In this document: positions 54,862 to 64,000 of the stretch, in pieces
Layout: the number at the start of each line of letters is the position of its first letter
Position numbering within the stretch: the first letter of the stretch is position 1
Source: a virus
Direction: 5' to 3' (one strand)
Length of the DNA: 64,000 bases
Virus record (IMG/VR): IMGVR_UViG_3300027977_000007
Made by a program: the position numbers and the translations under genes
The notes under the pieces: model-generated
Told to the model about the DNA's origin: nothing
The model's input: the letters and a program-made list of their open reading frames with translations, nothing else
Database searches by the model: none

Positions 54862-54892
54862 CAAAGATACTAAGATTTTTGCCAACACACAA
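54862..54892 (-). promoter_or_regulatory. Bacteroidetes-type promoter (TTG-N20-TATCTTTG), distal, for SSB operon
   Basis: Intergenic motif match, tandem with the previous one. Confidence 0.72.
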
Positions 54893-54920
54893 GTTAAAAT
54901 TGAAAAAAGTTTTAAAAAAG

Positions 54921-54946
54921 ATAAAGCCCCGATTTCGGGGCCTTAT
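54921..54946 (-). terminator. intrinsic terminator
   Basis: ataaagccccga-tt-tcggggccttat after 54949..55710. Confidence 0.7.
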
Positions 54947-54948
54947 TT

Positions 54949-55710
54949 TTAATATTCTTCTTCTTCGTAATCATTTAAGTTTTCCTCATCGTAGGATTTT
55001 GGTGAAAAGGATTTTTGAATCGTTGCGTCATTATAACCAACATTGACATCATCCTTTGTTAGTATATACTCTTTAGGTTTTTTTTCTGTATCCATAACAT
55101 CATACGCACCTTCTTTTTCTGACCAATAATCACCCAATTTTTGGTTAAATGGTGCAGAACTTAAAGACCTCATCTCCAATTTTTCAACTGGTGTTGGATT
55201 ACGCTTAATAAATTCTCGCTCAAGACCATCAATCTTATCGTTTAACTTCGACATAGATGCTACTCTAGCTTCTAAATTAGTTAATTTTTGTAGTAATTCT
55301 TCACTTTTTTTATTTGCCGCATCAGCAGAATCTTTTGCCTCTTGCGAACCCTTAACAAGTGATGTTACGTCAACTTCTACATCCTCAGATGAAGGTTCTG
55401 GGGTCATATCTGGTTCTGGCGCTTGTGCTGGTTCTGGCATATCTGTCATATTTTCTTCTGAACCATCACTCGGTGTATCAACACCTAATTGATTGGCTAC
55501 ATCCGCAGCACCAGCATCGGCAGCGTCATCTACTGGTTTAAACTCATCATTTTGAGCATCACCATCTTCTTCAGAAATAGATGAACCTAGAATAATATCC
55601 TTATACTCAGGTGCTTCTTTTTTCTCTTGGTAGAAATCATATTCACACAAAAGCCTAAACTTCTTTAATTCCTCATTTAGTAATTCTGGCTTAAATTTAG
55701 TTTTTTTCAT
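54949..55710 (-). CDS. hypothetical acidic protein (possible head assembly/scaffold-like)
   Basis: 253 aa; LLNEE N-terminus, acidic linker, coiled coil. Confidence 0.65.
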   Translation of the reverse strand: MKKTKFKPELLNEELKKFRLLCEYDFYQEKKEAPEYKDIILGSSISEEDGDAQNDEFKPVDDAADAGAADVANQLGVDTPSDGSEENMTDMPEPAQAPEPDMTPEPSSEDVEVDVTSLVKGSQEAKDSADAANKKSEELLQKLTNLEARVASMSKLNDKIDGLEREFIKRNPTPVEKLEMRSLSSAPFNQKLGDYWSEKEGAYDVMDTEKKPKEYILTKDDVNVGYNDATIQKSFSPKSYDEENLNDYEEEEY

Positions 55711-55907
55711 TAGTATAGTAGTTGTCTTCCGTCTTCAGTTATTATCTTTTTGTTGATGCGCTCAACAATACTCTTATCGCCTTTAATGATACAAACACCT
55801 GAACTACAATCCATATCGTTTGTTTTACCGTTTTCTAACATTGCATCTAGAGCTTTGTCTAAGTCAGCTGATTTATTTACATCTAAGTTTGTTTGTTTAT
55901 TTCCCAT
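55710..55907 (-). CDS. hypothetical protein (65 aa)
   Basis: ORF track; TATTTATA at 55938-55945. Confidence 0.7.
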   Translation of the reverse strand: MGNKQTNLDVNKSADLDKALDAMLENGKTNDMDCSSGVCIIKGDKSIVERINKKIITEDGRQLLY

Positions 55908-55975
55908 AAATTAATGTTTAACTAGTCGTTATCTTATTATAAATATCTTATAATAACAAAAAAACCCATTAATAT

Positions 55976-56569
55976 CTAAGCATTTCTTAATGAAAATAAA
56001 TAAGGTATGTATTTAGACACATTTGAAAATATTTGAAAATCATGCTTTAAATCGGTAACCTTATCATCAGTTAATAATATATCACAACTTAGTCTTATCT
56101 TGGTCATTATCTTATCAACATCAAGTCCAATAAATTCTAATAGCTTTAAATCAATACCAAAGACATATTCATGCCCATAGATGTATACCATCGAGCCACT
56201 TAAATAAGCAATCTTATTATTGATATTTAATATCTTCCTAATAATCTTTACTAGGGTTTTTGGCTTGTATTGTATTGGGTCAACAAAGATGTAAGATAAT
56301 TTATTTAATAAATCACCATATACCTTCAGTATAAACCAATTTAAGTCTTCAGAATGCTTATCACGCTTTTCTGTCCTCTTAAAGGTCCAATATACATTAT
56401 CAGATATTAATATCTCCCCAATGTCAAAATTAGGATAGTGTTTATTAACATAGTCGTAACCAATGACTAGTGTCGGTAATCCAACTATAATATCGTCAAT
56501 AGATGACACCACATTAAACTCTTGTGGTGCAGATATTTTATCTACCGAAACTATATTTCCAATCTTCAT
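55976..56569 (-). CDS. hypothetical protein (197 aa)
   Basis: ORF track; promoter 4 nt upstream. Confidence 0.75.
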   Translation of the reverse strand: MKIGNIVSVDKISAPQEFNVVSSIDDIIVGLPTLVIGYDYVNKHYPNFDIGEILISDNVYWTFKRTEKRDKHSEDLNWFILKVYGDLLNKLSYIFVDPIQYKPKTLVKIIRKILNINNKIAYLSGSMVYIYGHEYVFGIDLKLLEFIGLDVDKIMTKIRLSCDILLTDDKVTDLKHDFQIFSNVSKYIPYLFSLRNA

Positions 56570-56573
56570 CTTA

Positions 56574-56604
56574 CAAAGATACGATTATTAAACTGGTTTA
56601 GCAA
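56574..56604 (-). promoter_or_regulatory. Bacteroidetes-type promoter (TTG-N20-TATCTTTG), 4 nt from ATG
   Basis: TATCTTTG-taag-ATG on minus strand. Confidence 0.7.
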
Positions 56605-59600
56605 ATATTTGCGATTCTATTTTTCGTCTTTTTATTAAACCATTTAAGACTTTACCCTCAGATGTTATTGGACCCTCCCCAATTAGTTTTGCAGCAAGTA
56701 TATAGTCTTCTTTCTTTACTGCATCTGATATACCTCTATCTATTAGTCTTTTTGGTCCACCATTGTATGCATAAGAAATTAAGCTAGCTTTTTGATTATC
56801 ATTTAATAATGTCCATTCATTATTACCAATATTTGAAATTACTATCGGAGCAAATCTCTCCTCTATATCATAAGATAAGGACCAAGTAGCTTGTTCAAGG
56901 GTAAATGTTGTACCTTGTAAGACATCAACTGGTGTTGCACCTAAACTTTCCACTATTCTATCTGTGCCGTAGCCACCTCTATAATTACCAGCATCTAAGA
57001 TTGCAACACTTGAAAAACCCTCAAACGTCTTTATTATTGTTGTAGCTCTACTAACCCAATCATCACTTAGGTCTTTGACCATCTCTAATTGCGATTTATC
57101 TGGTAATATATTTGGGTAAGCTGCTGATGTTATTTCACCAGTACCATCAGATTTATTAACATACTTATCATCACAATTTATATAAACAGCTTCTTTTCCA
57201 TCTAATCCAATCGGATTTAAAATATCCCCAAATATACCAAGTGTATCAGTATTTATAGTAATTGACGTAGGCTTACCTTTATATGTTGGGTTTTTTCTAA
57301 TAAAACAAGGAGCCGATTTACCATGATATTCAAAATGCCAAAATTCTTCAGTACCATTACCGTCTCTTAATGGCGCTGGTATTAACCAACCATACTTATA
57401 ACTATTTTCAATCAACCAAACCAATGATTCATTTACATTAAAATTAAAACCTTCTTCTACGTTTGGTTTATTATTTTCCAATTTATAATTTCGTATTATG
57501 TCACCATTTTTTTTGTAAAATTGAAAGTCAACAGCAACACCCCATCCATGCATAGATGTACCTGGTAAAGCTGCCGCCCCTTTTGGTTTTGATTTATATA
57601 GATTTTCTTGGACTTCAATAGTCCTAAACATACTGGTAATTCCAGCATATGTACCATTCTCACCAACGAAACCATTATCTTTCATCCACGTTAACCAAGC
57701 AGTTAACATAGTATTTAACGAAGTAGCTGCTTGTGGTATCAGTAGCTTAGAGTTAGCTGTATTATCAATACCTTTTGGTATTTCTGGTTTAACAAGTTTA
57801 TTTGCATCAATTACGTTATCAAAATAACCATTAAAAGCACCAGTTTCAATTAATGTTACTACTATTGGTGCGAAAGTACCGTTAACTCTAGGTGCTAGAG
57901 TCGTTAAGTTATTACTTAACGTTGAATCACCAGCCTTAATTGTTTCTAGGAATGACATATAAAAATCGGATGTTGTGAATATTGGTGATTTTGTTGCTTT
58001 TATTCTAACGCCAGTAAAATTGGTAGACATTGAATTAGGTTTGATACTATGCTTAACACGGGTAATCATATAAGCACCATGAAACATTGGTATATTATTT
58101 AATTGAAAATACATCATAGGTTGAATCATGGCATTACCCATCATTTCTATTTCAGCCTTATAGCTTCTAACCGAATATACGTTATAAAGGTTTTGACCAC
58201 CAAAGGATTTATGTTGTTCACCACCTTTTTGTGATATGTCATCAATTATTTGTAATGATTCAGCAGTTTCACCAAATTCACTTTGGTCCAATACAATATC
58301 TTTAAATAGATTTTGATTCTGTTGACCAAACGTTACCTTAAAGAAGGTATTTATGTCTTCATCGTCCTTAACACTTCCAGTGAAATCAGGTGGTAAAGTA
58401 TTTAAATCATCAGTTGCATCAAATCCATCATCTAGATAGTTTGAATTCTCAAAATCAAGATTCTTTGAGGTTTGACCAACATACATACATACAAATGATG
58501 GGCCACTGTAATTACCTGTTGGTACATCAGTATAACTTGGATAAGGTTTAAATACGCTACTTAAGACAGCAGGGTCTTTATAATTTATAAATGACGGTAA
58601 CGGAACAAAATCAAAGTTGTTAGCCGATAATAAGCTAGTTATCATATCATAAGAACTAGTATTAATATTTCCGTCTAGATAATCCTTTAATGGCGAAGGG
58701 TTTATCGCCATTATATCACCAATGTCCTCAAATGACCTAGTTACAAATCTAAAGCTATCTATTAATCTAGGTGTTGCATTGGTAGCCCCATTGGTGCTAC
58801 GTTTATTAGCTAAAGCTGTGTCAACAAGGTTTCTACCACCACATTGAAATACGACATTTTCAGTATCAGCGTAGCCAACCCATTTATCATAAATATTTTT
58901 ACAAGTACGGTACAATTGCAACTTTATTAAGTTTTCTTTAGTACTACCAAATAATTTATTTTGAGCTGCTTTTGTATCGTAAGCGTAATTCGTTGTTGAA
59001 CCCTTAATTTTATTTAAGATTGTATTTAAATAAAGATTAAAATTATTCTCACTGACTAAAATATCGGCACGTTTTTTATTTGTAGGTGGTTTAGTATTAT
59101 CCCAAATACTTGGTGTTGTATTAATTAAAATAAGTTCTTCTTTATATAAAGAAATTATTTCTTTATTTATATCAACATCATCTTTTAATTGTAGGATATA
59201 GTTATATCTGTATTCATTATCATCCCCATCCCACATTGGTGAAATTTTAAGATAATTATCAAAATTATTAAATGAATCCTTTAGTAATTGTTTTTTAACA
59301 AACACCAAGTAATCATAAGTTCCACCTTGCACTTTTCTCAGTGAGGTATTAATATCGTTCCACGTTTGTACCCAATTAGTTGAGGCTTTAGAAATTTCTA
59401 ATTTTGATTTAATATTATTCCAATCGTTAATAACAAAATCCTCAAATACTCTTATAAACTCATCTTTAGCTTGTTCTGGTAATGTTAATAATAAATTTTC
59501 AATTCGTAAATATACTGGTGAAAAACCAGATTCAAATACCATAGTAGCTCTATTCGTAAATGCACCATTTTGTGCTGTTAGGTATTCATCTTTTTTTGGA

Positions 59601-62600
59601 TAACTACTTGCATCAGTATCCATAAAAGGAATGAAAGGGTCATTTGGATTATAAAAACGTATTGGGTCAATTGTTTGTTTTGACCGCCATAACATACCAC
59701 CAATAAATGCAGCCCATAACTTTGGTACAGATATAAAACCAGACCTTTTTTTAAAAGTATTAATTATTTCTGGTCTAGTAAATATAGTATTTATATCATC
59801 ATTATTTATCAAACCATTCCACGGAAATGTATGTAAGAATAATATTGCCTTTACTTCATTAATTTGTTCATAATAAAAACGACTACCAAACAAACTAACT
59901 CTATTTTCGTTGTTGGATGAATAAACATAAAAATCAATAAATGGATAAGTTAGTTTTTTATTTTGTTTTATTGACTGATATATCGCTTCTGTATTTTTAC
60001 CATAGTTATTGTAAGGTTTGGTAAATGAACTTTCATTTAAGTTTAACAAATTAGTAAAAACTGCTACTTCATCAGGTGCTTGTTTATTAAATAATGGTCC
60101 ATCTATTAAGTAATATTCATCAATAGGTGTAGCTCTAGGTGAAGCTAATGCATTATTATGTTCTGGATTTTTAGGTGATTTATAAAACATAAATCTAAAA
60201 TCAAAATCATTTATTTCTTCTACTTTACCATCAATAGTGGTGTTAAAACCGTAATTCAACCTATCAAATGTTTGTATACCGTAAGGTCCACCAAAAATAT
60301 CAAACCCAATTTCTTCAGCACTACTATCAACTTCTGTTAATGCTAACAAATTTAATGGTTTAATATTAGTATCTATTGGTAGTGGGTATTCCGTATTTTG
60401 GTTGTATTCAGACCTTGTTATAAATTTAACATATATACCACCATCGTTTGGTTTTAAATCAGTACTACGTGTATAATTTGTTAAAAAAATACTACCGCTT
60501 TCAGCTTTTTTCGTTAAACCAACTTCATCAGTTGGCCAAGTAGAATTATTAACATTATTAAGAATAACATAGTTAGGAAGACCAGCGTCCTTAAAATCAC
60601 CATTAATTGGTATTATTTTAATATTATTGTTATCTAAAATATAATTATAACTAATACCAACATTAGGTATTTTTTCGACAACCCTAGATATTTTACCATT
60701 AATAATCTTAGTATCAAGACTTAAAAAATCAGTAATTTGTTTTGATTTTAATGTATCAATTAATTGTTTATTATCTAAATCTGCAATGATTGAATCTATT
60801 TCACGTTCAGCCATTTTAATGATTTCATCATCTATTAGATTTTGGTTAGAAATACCTAAAAATGTCATTGCTCGTATTAATATCATAAGCATAACATCGT
60901 CAGTATCCAAAAATTCCATTCTCTTATATGGGAATGTATCTGTAAATAATCTAGTATCTAACGGGTTTGTTGGTATCCAATTCGTTGTGTTTTGTCTAAT
61001 TTCTGTTTCGGTTATTAGGGTATTTTTATCCGACTCTAAAAAGGCCCTTAATAAATCGTCAATGAAACGTATTTCTGTTACATTATTTGGTACATCTAAC
61101 ACATCTGGCGCTCCTAAATACGTTTCAAGATAACGATTTTCCTTATCTGATTGTTTATATTCTGGCCATGGATAAAATTTTTTATTTAACTGACCACTGC
61201 TAGAATTTGTTGGTGTATTACCCACAGCATTCTGCTTTATATCAAAAAATTCAAACTTAGAGTCTAATTCCTTAGCTCTGGTAGTGTCATTTTCGGCTTC
61301 TGAAGATATGGTATATATTGTTTGTAAAAAAACTTCAGCAGCTGAAGTTATTGATTTCATTATTGTTCTAATAGTTGGTTTAAACCCTAGTTTATTAACT
61401 ACATTTACCTCCAATTGCTTGGCTACTCTTTCTTTTATTATTTTTATTTCTGAATCTATTCTTTCCTTACGTGAATCAAGTTGTTTTAATCTTTCTCTAT
61501 TATCAATAATTGTTAAAAATATATCATCAGTAGTTTCAATACTTTGTTGGCTACTAATAAAATCTAATATGGCTTTTTCTAATTCATTGCCTTTGTCTTT
61601 TGCTTCTACTAATTCTTTTTTAGTTTTAACTATTGGTACTATACTATTAAATGATGAAGTATCAAGAGATAACTTATTACCATTATTATAGTCCTGAACA
61701 CTACTTTCTATGTTTTTAATATATGTTGACGTATCTACTAGTAACTCTTTAGAAATCACAAATTCATAACTAGTAACACCTTCAAAAGAATTTAATTTAG
61801 TTAAATTATTCCTAATAGCTTCTAGTTGGTCTAATTTTGTTTGATATGAGCTTAAGTCTTTATAATCATCATTATCAGCTAGTAAGTTTTTGGTCGAATC
61901 ATCTATTAGTGATATATTTTTATATAACTCATCTAATGTAAGTATAGTATTATCCTCATCCTTTAAGACCTTATATTTATCAGCACCTATCTTAGTATAC
62001 GGTATCGCCTTTAGATATCCCAATAATAAATCTGATAACATAGCATATGTATATCCAATAAAACTGGTTGTTATTTCAAAGTTACCTGTTTGTGAATTAA
62101 ATCTAGAAGTAAACTTTGTCATGTGTAGACAATAAGAAACTGGTTGACCGTAATAACCCTTTATGGTTAACGTATATAATGGATACGGTAACTGAAAGAA
62201 TACTGAATACTTATTGGTCCCATTTAATATTTTATCCTCGTTTTGAAATATAGCACTACCTCTTACATCAACAAATTGTATCGTAATCAATGGGGCAAAT
62301 GATGAATTAAACTCGATATCAATTCCAGTTATACCAAGTGTTTCTGGATTATCGTTTGAATCTAGACTTGTTGTTAAATCAGTAAACTTAGTTGTTAAAT
62401 ATTTTTTCCCACCAACATTACTACCATCAATAAAATTAATCGTAATCTGGTCAGATGAATTACCAAACGATGAATTTTTATCACTTACTAATATCGTTCT
62501 ACCTTTCTTTCTGGTTTTTAATTCAACTGAAATGGTCAAATCATCTAATGGAACAGGAGTATTATTAAATACTGAATTAATAATGTTATTTGGGTCTACT

Positions 62601-62620
62601 ATCTGTGTCTTATTTGCCAT
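56588..62620 (-). CDS. giant tail/baseplate-hub protein with C-terminal M15 (VanY-like) peptidase and GH24 lysozyme-like domains
   Basis: MMGNAMIQPMMYFQL...GAYMITRVKHSI (hub-like); FRTIEVQ...PGTSMHGWGVAVD...EEFWHFEY; FEGF...GGYG...NQKASLISYAYNGG...GLIKRRKIE. Confidence 0.82.
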   Translation of the reverse strand: MANKTQIVDPNNIINSVFNNTPVPLDDLTISVELKTRKKGRTILVSDKNSSFGNSSDQITINFIDGSNVGGKKYLTTKFTDLTTSLDSNDNPETLGITGIDIEFNSSFAPLITIQFVDVRGSAIFQNEDKILNGTNKYSVFFQLPYPLYTLTIKGYYGQPVSYCLHMTKFTSRFNSQTGNFEITTSFIGYTYAMLSDLLLGYLKAIPYTKIGADKYKVLKDEDNTILTLDELYKNISLIDDSTKNLLADNDDYKDLSSYQTKLDQLEAIRNNLTKLNSFEGVTSYEFVISKELLVDTSTYIKNIESSVQDYNNGNKLSLDTSSFNSIVPIVKTKKELVEAKDKGNELEKAILDFISSQQSIETTDDIFLTIIDNRERLKQLDSRKERIDSEIKIIKERVAKQLEVNVVNKLGFKPTIRTIMKSITSAAEVFLQTIYTISSEAENDTTRAKELDSKFEFFDIKQNAVGNTPTNSSSGQLNKKFYPWPEYKQSDKENRYLETYLGAPDVLDVPNNVTEIRFIDDLLRAFLESDKNTLITETEIRQNTTNWIPTNPLDTRLFTDTFPYKRMEFLDTDDVMLMILIRAMTFLGISNQNLIDDEIIKMAEREIDSIIADLDNKQLIDTLKSKQITDFLSLDTKIINGKISRVVEKIPNVGISYNYILDNNNIKIIPINGDFKDAGLPNYVILNNVNNSTWPTDEVGLTKKAESGSIFLTNYTRSTDLKPNDGGIYVKFITRSEYNQNTEYPLPIDTNIKPLNLLALTEVDSSAEEIGFDIFGGPYGIQTFDRLNYGFNTTIDGKVEEINDFDFRFMFYKSPKNPEHNNALASPRATPIDEYYLIDGPLFNKQAPDEVAVFTNLLNLNESSFTKPYNNYGKNTEAIYQSIKQNKKLTYPFIDFYVYSSNNENRVSLFGSRFYYEQINEVKAILFLHTFPWNGLINNDDINTIFTRPEIINTFKKRSGFISVPKLWAAFIGGMLWRSKQTIDPIRFYNPNDPFIPFMDTDASSYPKKDEYLTAQNGAFTNRATMVFESGFSPVYLRIENLLLTLPEQAKDEFIRVFEDFVINDWNNIKSKLEISKASTNWVQTWNDINTSLRKVQGGTYDYLVFVKKQLLKDSFNNFDNYLKISPMWDGDDNEYRYNYILQLKDDVDINKEIISLYKEELILINTTPSIWDNTKPPTNKKRADILVSENNFNLYLNTILNKIKGSTTNYAYDTKAAQNKLFGSTKENLIKLQLYRTCKNIYDKWVGYADTENVVFQCGGRNLVDTALANKRSTNGATNATPRLIDSFRFVTRSFEDIGDIMAINPSPLKDYLDGNINTSSYDMITSLLSANNFDFVPLPSFINYKDPAVLSSVFKPYPSYTDVPTGNYSGPSFVCMYVGQTSKNLDFENSNYLDDGFDATDDLNTLPPDFTGSVKDDEDINTFFKVTFGQQNQNLFKDIVLDQSEFGETAESLQIIDDISQKGGEQHKSFGGQNLYNVYSVRSYKAEIEMMGNAMIQPMMYFQLNNIPMFHGAYMITRVKHSIKPNSMSTNFTGVRIKATKSPIFTTSDFYMSFLETIKAGDSTLSNNLTTLAPRVNGTFAPIVVTLIETGAFNGYFDNVIDANKLVKPEIPKGIDNTANSKLLIPQAATSLNTMLTAWLTWMKDNGFVGENGTYAGITSMFRTIEVQENLYKSKPKGAAALPGTSMHGWGVAVDFQFYKKNGDIIRNYKLENNKPNVEEGFNFNVNESLVWLIENSYKYGWLIPAPLRDGNGTEEFWHFEYHGKSAPCFIRKNPTYKGKPTSITINTDTLGIFGDILNPIGLDGKEAVYINCDDKYVNKSDGTGEITSAAYPNILPDKSQLEMVKDLSDDWVSRATTIIKTFEGFSSVAILDAGNYRGGYGTDRIVESLGATPVDVLQGTTFTLEQATWSLSYDIEERFAPIVISNIGNNEWTLLNDNQKASLISYAYNGGPKRLIDRGISDAVKKEDYILAAKLIGEGPITSEGKVLNGLIKRRKIESQIFAKPV

Positions 62621-62924
62621 ATAGGGTTAAATGTAATTTTACTTGGTCAATATATCTTTGTATCGCATCATCAAACGGAAACGGTACTCTTAATACGGTA
62701 TTATCTGGAATATTAAACTCTAAACCACCATATTCTGGATTAGCATTAAGTATTAACCAACCACTATAAGCATTATTATAATAATCATTACTTACTTTGT
62801 CAAGTCTTGACTGTCCTTTACGGTATAAAACCAACTTATCAGAACTGGATGCTGGTATCTTAATACCAGGTATTGGTTTAATGTTACTATTATCCCTAAA
62901 ATTTTTATATCTATCGTAATACAT
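62610..62924 (-). CDS. LysM-like baseplate wedge / tail X protein (gp53-like)
   Basis: RLDKVSNDYY...WLILNANP...IPDNTVLRVP. Confidence 0.8.
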   Translation of the reverse strand: MYYDRYKNFRDNSNIKPIPGIKIPASSSDKLVLYRKGQSRLDKVSNDYYNNAYSGWLILNANPEYGGLEFNIPDNTVLRVPFPFDDAIQRYIDQVKLHLTLYGK

Positions 62925-62945
62925 AGTATTAATTTAATTTTTTTT

Positions 62946-64000
62946 TTATGTTGTGGTTCCACTAAGTGGACATTCAATTCCGTTTATCATTACTGGTTTA
63001 GTTGCAGTATATGGATTTGGGTAACAGCTAAGACACGGATTATTATTAATATTTTCAAAATCATACGAGTCTAGTAAATCACCATATTTATAGTCTTCAG
63101 CTGGACAATCGTATGGTAAATAAAAAAACTCATTAAAAAATAACATTGACCACTCTGGTATTATTACTCTAAAATTTAATTTATTGTTGTTGGTATAATC
63201 AGTTAAAATTTGTCTCCAATTATTATTACTAGTAGTAAATGAACCCTTACCAGCTATACCGTTAGGTGTTGTTGGGCCAGCAATAGTAAAACTAACAATA
63301 TCAACCCAAGCACCACCAATCCCAGAAGATAATATTTGTAATTTAGCAACATGTTCACTGTTTAATAAATCATTATTATCTAAAATATAAAAATCACCCG
63401 TTAAATCTCCTTTATCAGTATAATCAATATTTAAACTATAACGAGCGAATAAATTACCATTTAGATAAATATCCTTATCAGAACCTAATTGTGCTGGTGG
63501 TTCTACATTGGCTGGTGGTGGTGTGGTTGGTCCAGTAGCTACATCATTAGCCAATATTTGATTGGTTACTGGCTCTACTGGTGTATTAATTATTGTTACG
63601 TTTCTATATTCAGGAACATTAACATTACTAACACCGTTAACGATTTCCCAGTCTACTAAATCAGTATTAACATCAGCTCCAGCGCCAGCTCCAGCAGCAG
63701 CACCAGCAGCAGCACCAGTTCTTTCTGTTTTTTTAGCTATATAATCAGCTCTTGGGTCATATACGTGTGTATTTGCGTAGTAATTGAATGATAACGCATT
63801 TTGCAACTTATTAATTGGTCCTAATAATGATGAACCACCAATAAATTTAATAGATAAATTTACATTTGCTATCATTGGTTGTACACCGATACCTTCTGGA
63901 TTTAAATCCCATACTATTGGTTCATAATCAATAGTTAGATTATCAATGATTACCTTGGTATTATAAAAATCACCAATTCTAAGTATACAAATAGGTGGTC
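62946..64000 (-). CDS. tail/baseplate structural protein, partial (begins beyond right edge)
   Basis: Frame is open upstream of ORF-track start 63875 to the window edge (PPICILRIGDFYNTKVIIDNLTIDYEPIVWDLNPEGIGVQPM). Confidence 0.75.
   Translation of the reverse strand, partial: PPICILRIGDFYNTKVIIDNLTIDYEPIVWDLNPEGIGVQPMIANVNLSIKFIGGSSLLGPINKLQNALSFNYYANTHVYDPRADYIAKKTERTGAAAGAAAGAGAGADVNTDLVDWEIVNGVSNVNVPEYRNVTIINTPVEPVTNQILANDVATGPTTPPPANVEPPAQLGSDKDIYLNGNLFARYSLNIDYTDKGDLTGDFYILDNNDLLNSEHVAKLQILSSGIGGAWVDIVSFTIAGPTTPNGIAGKGSFTTSNNNWRQILTDYTNNNKLNFRVIIPEWSMLFFNEFFYLPYDCPAEDYKYGDLLDSYDFENINNNPCLSCYPNPYTATKPVMINGIECPLSGTTT

Noticed and set aside
63672-63720. GC-rich cagcagcaccag repeats
   Set aside because: They encode a low-complexity GAAAGAAAGAGAGA linker inside a CDS and are not a separate element.
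702-63744. Numerous + strand ORFs in the track (e.g. 702..1127, 12701..13189, 15323..16252, 43320..43730, 61284..61691) and short nested minus-strand ORFs
   Set aside because: They lie antisense to, or nested out of frame within, well-supported genes and have S/L/I/F-rich shadow composition with no motifs. Only 1784..2119 (and possibly 19679..19738) occupy free space on the + strand.
1-64000. Stop-codon reassignment (TAG/TGA recoding as in some Bacteroidetes phages)
   Set aside because: Standard-code ORFs are full length and densely packed, and TAG-ending genes checked (10873, 25930, 55976) are followed by intergenic signals.
1-64000. tRNA, rRNA or long structured ncRNA genes
   Set aside because: Intergenic gaps are short (mostly under ~200 nt) and accounted for by promoters and terminators. 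No cloverleaf was seen by eye; tRNAscan-SE/Infernal would be needed to exclude them formally.

Overview
This AT-rich, densely coding window comes from a large T4-like (myovirus/jumbo-type) phage genome, with almost all genes on the minus strand and no sign of stop-codon recoding. The host is probably a Bacteroidetes (Bacteroidota) bacterium. The evidence is seven intergenic TTG-N19/20-TAnnTTTG promoters, a short Bacteroidetes-type RpoD sigma factor, an Hc1 histone-like protein, SprB-like repeats and A-rich leaders without Shine-Dalgarno motifs. Left part: partial DUF2828/vWA gene; small hypotheticals; a coupled operon of PAS histidine kinase, single-domain response regulator, 2-TM coiled-coil protein and GH19 endolysin; putative head/internal proteins; a spanin-like overlapping pair; a degenerate amidase; sigma70; SbcCD (gp46/47); a PD-(D/E)XK nuclease; primase; and a RuvC-like resolvase whose 3' end is duplicated around a GIY-YIG endonuclease. 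Middle: a ~22 kb baseplate/tail module. Right part: nrdA fractured by a naturally split intein with a free-standing GIY-YIG endonuclease between the halves; nrdB, helicase, 5'-3' exonuclease, RecA/UvsX and gp32-like SSB; and a 2010-aa tail protein with M15 peptidase and lysozyme domains. The best candidate for an undescribed system is the phage two-component system coupled to an endolysin. No tRNA, rRNA or CRISPR array was seen. All family calls are from motif recognition by eye, not database searches.
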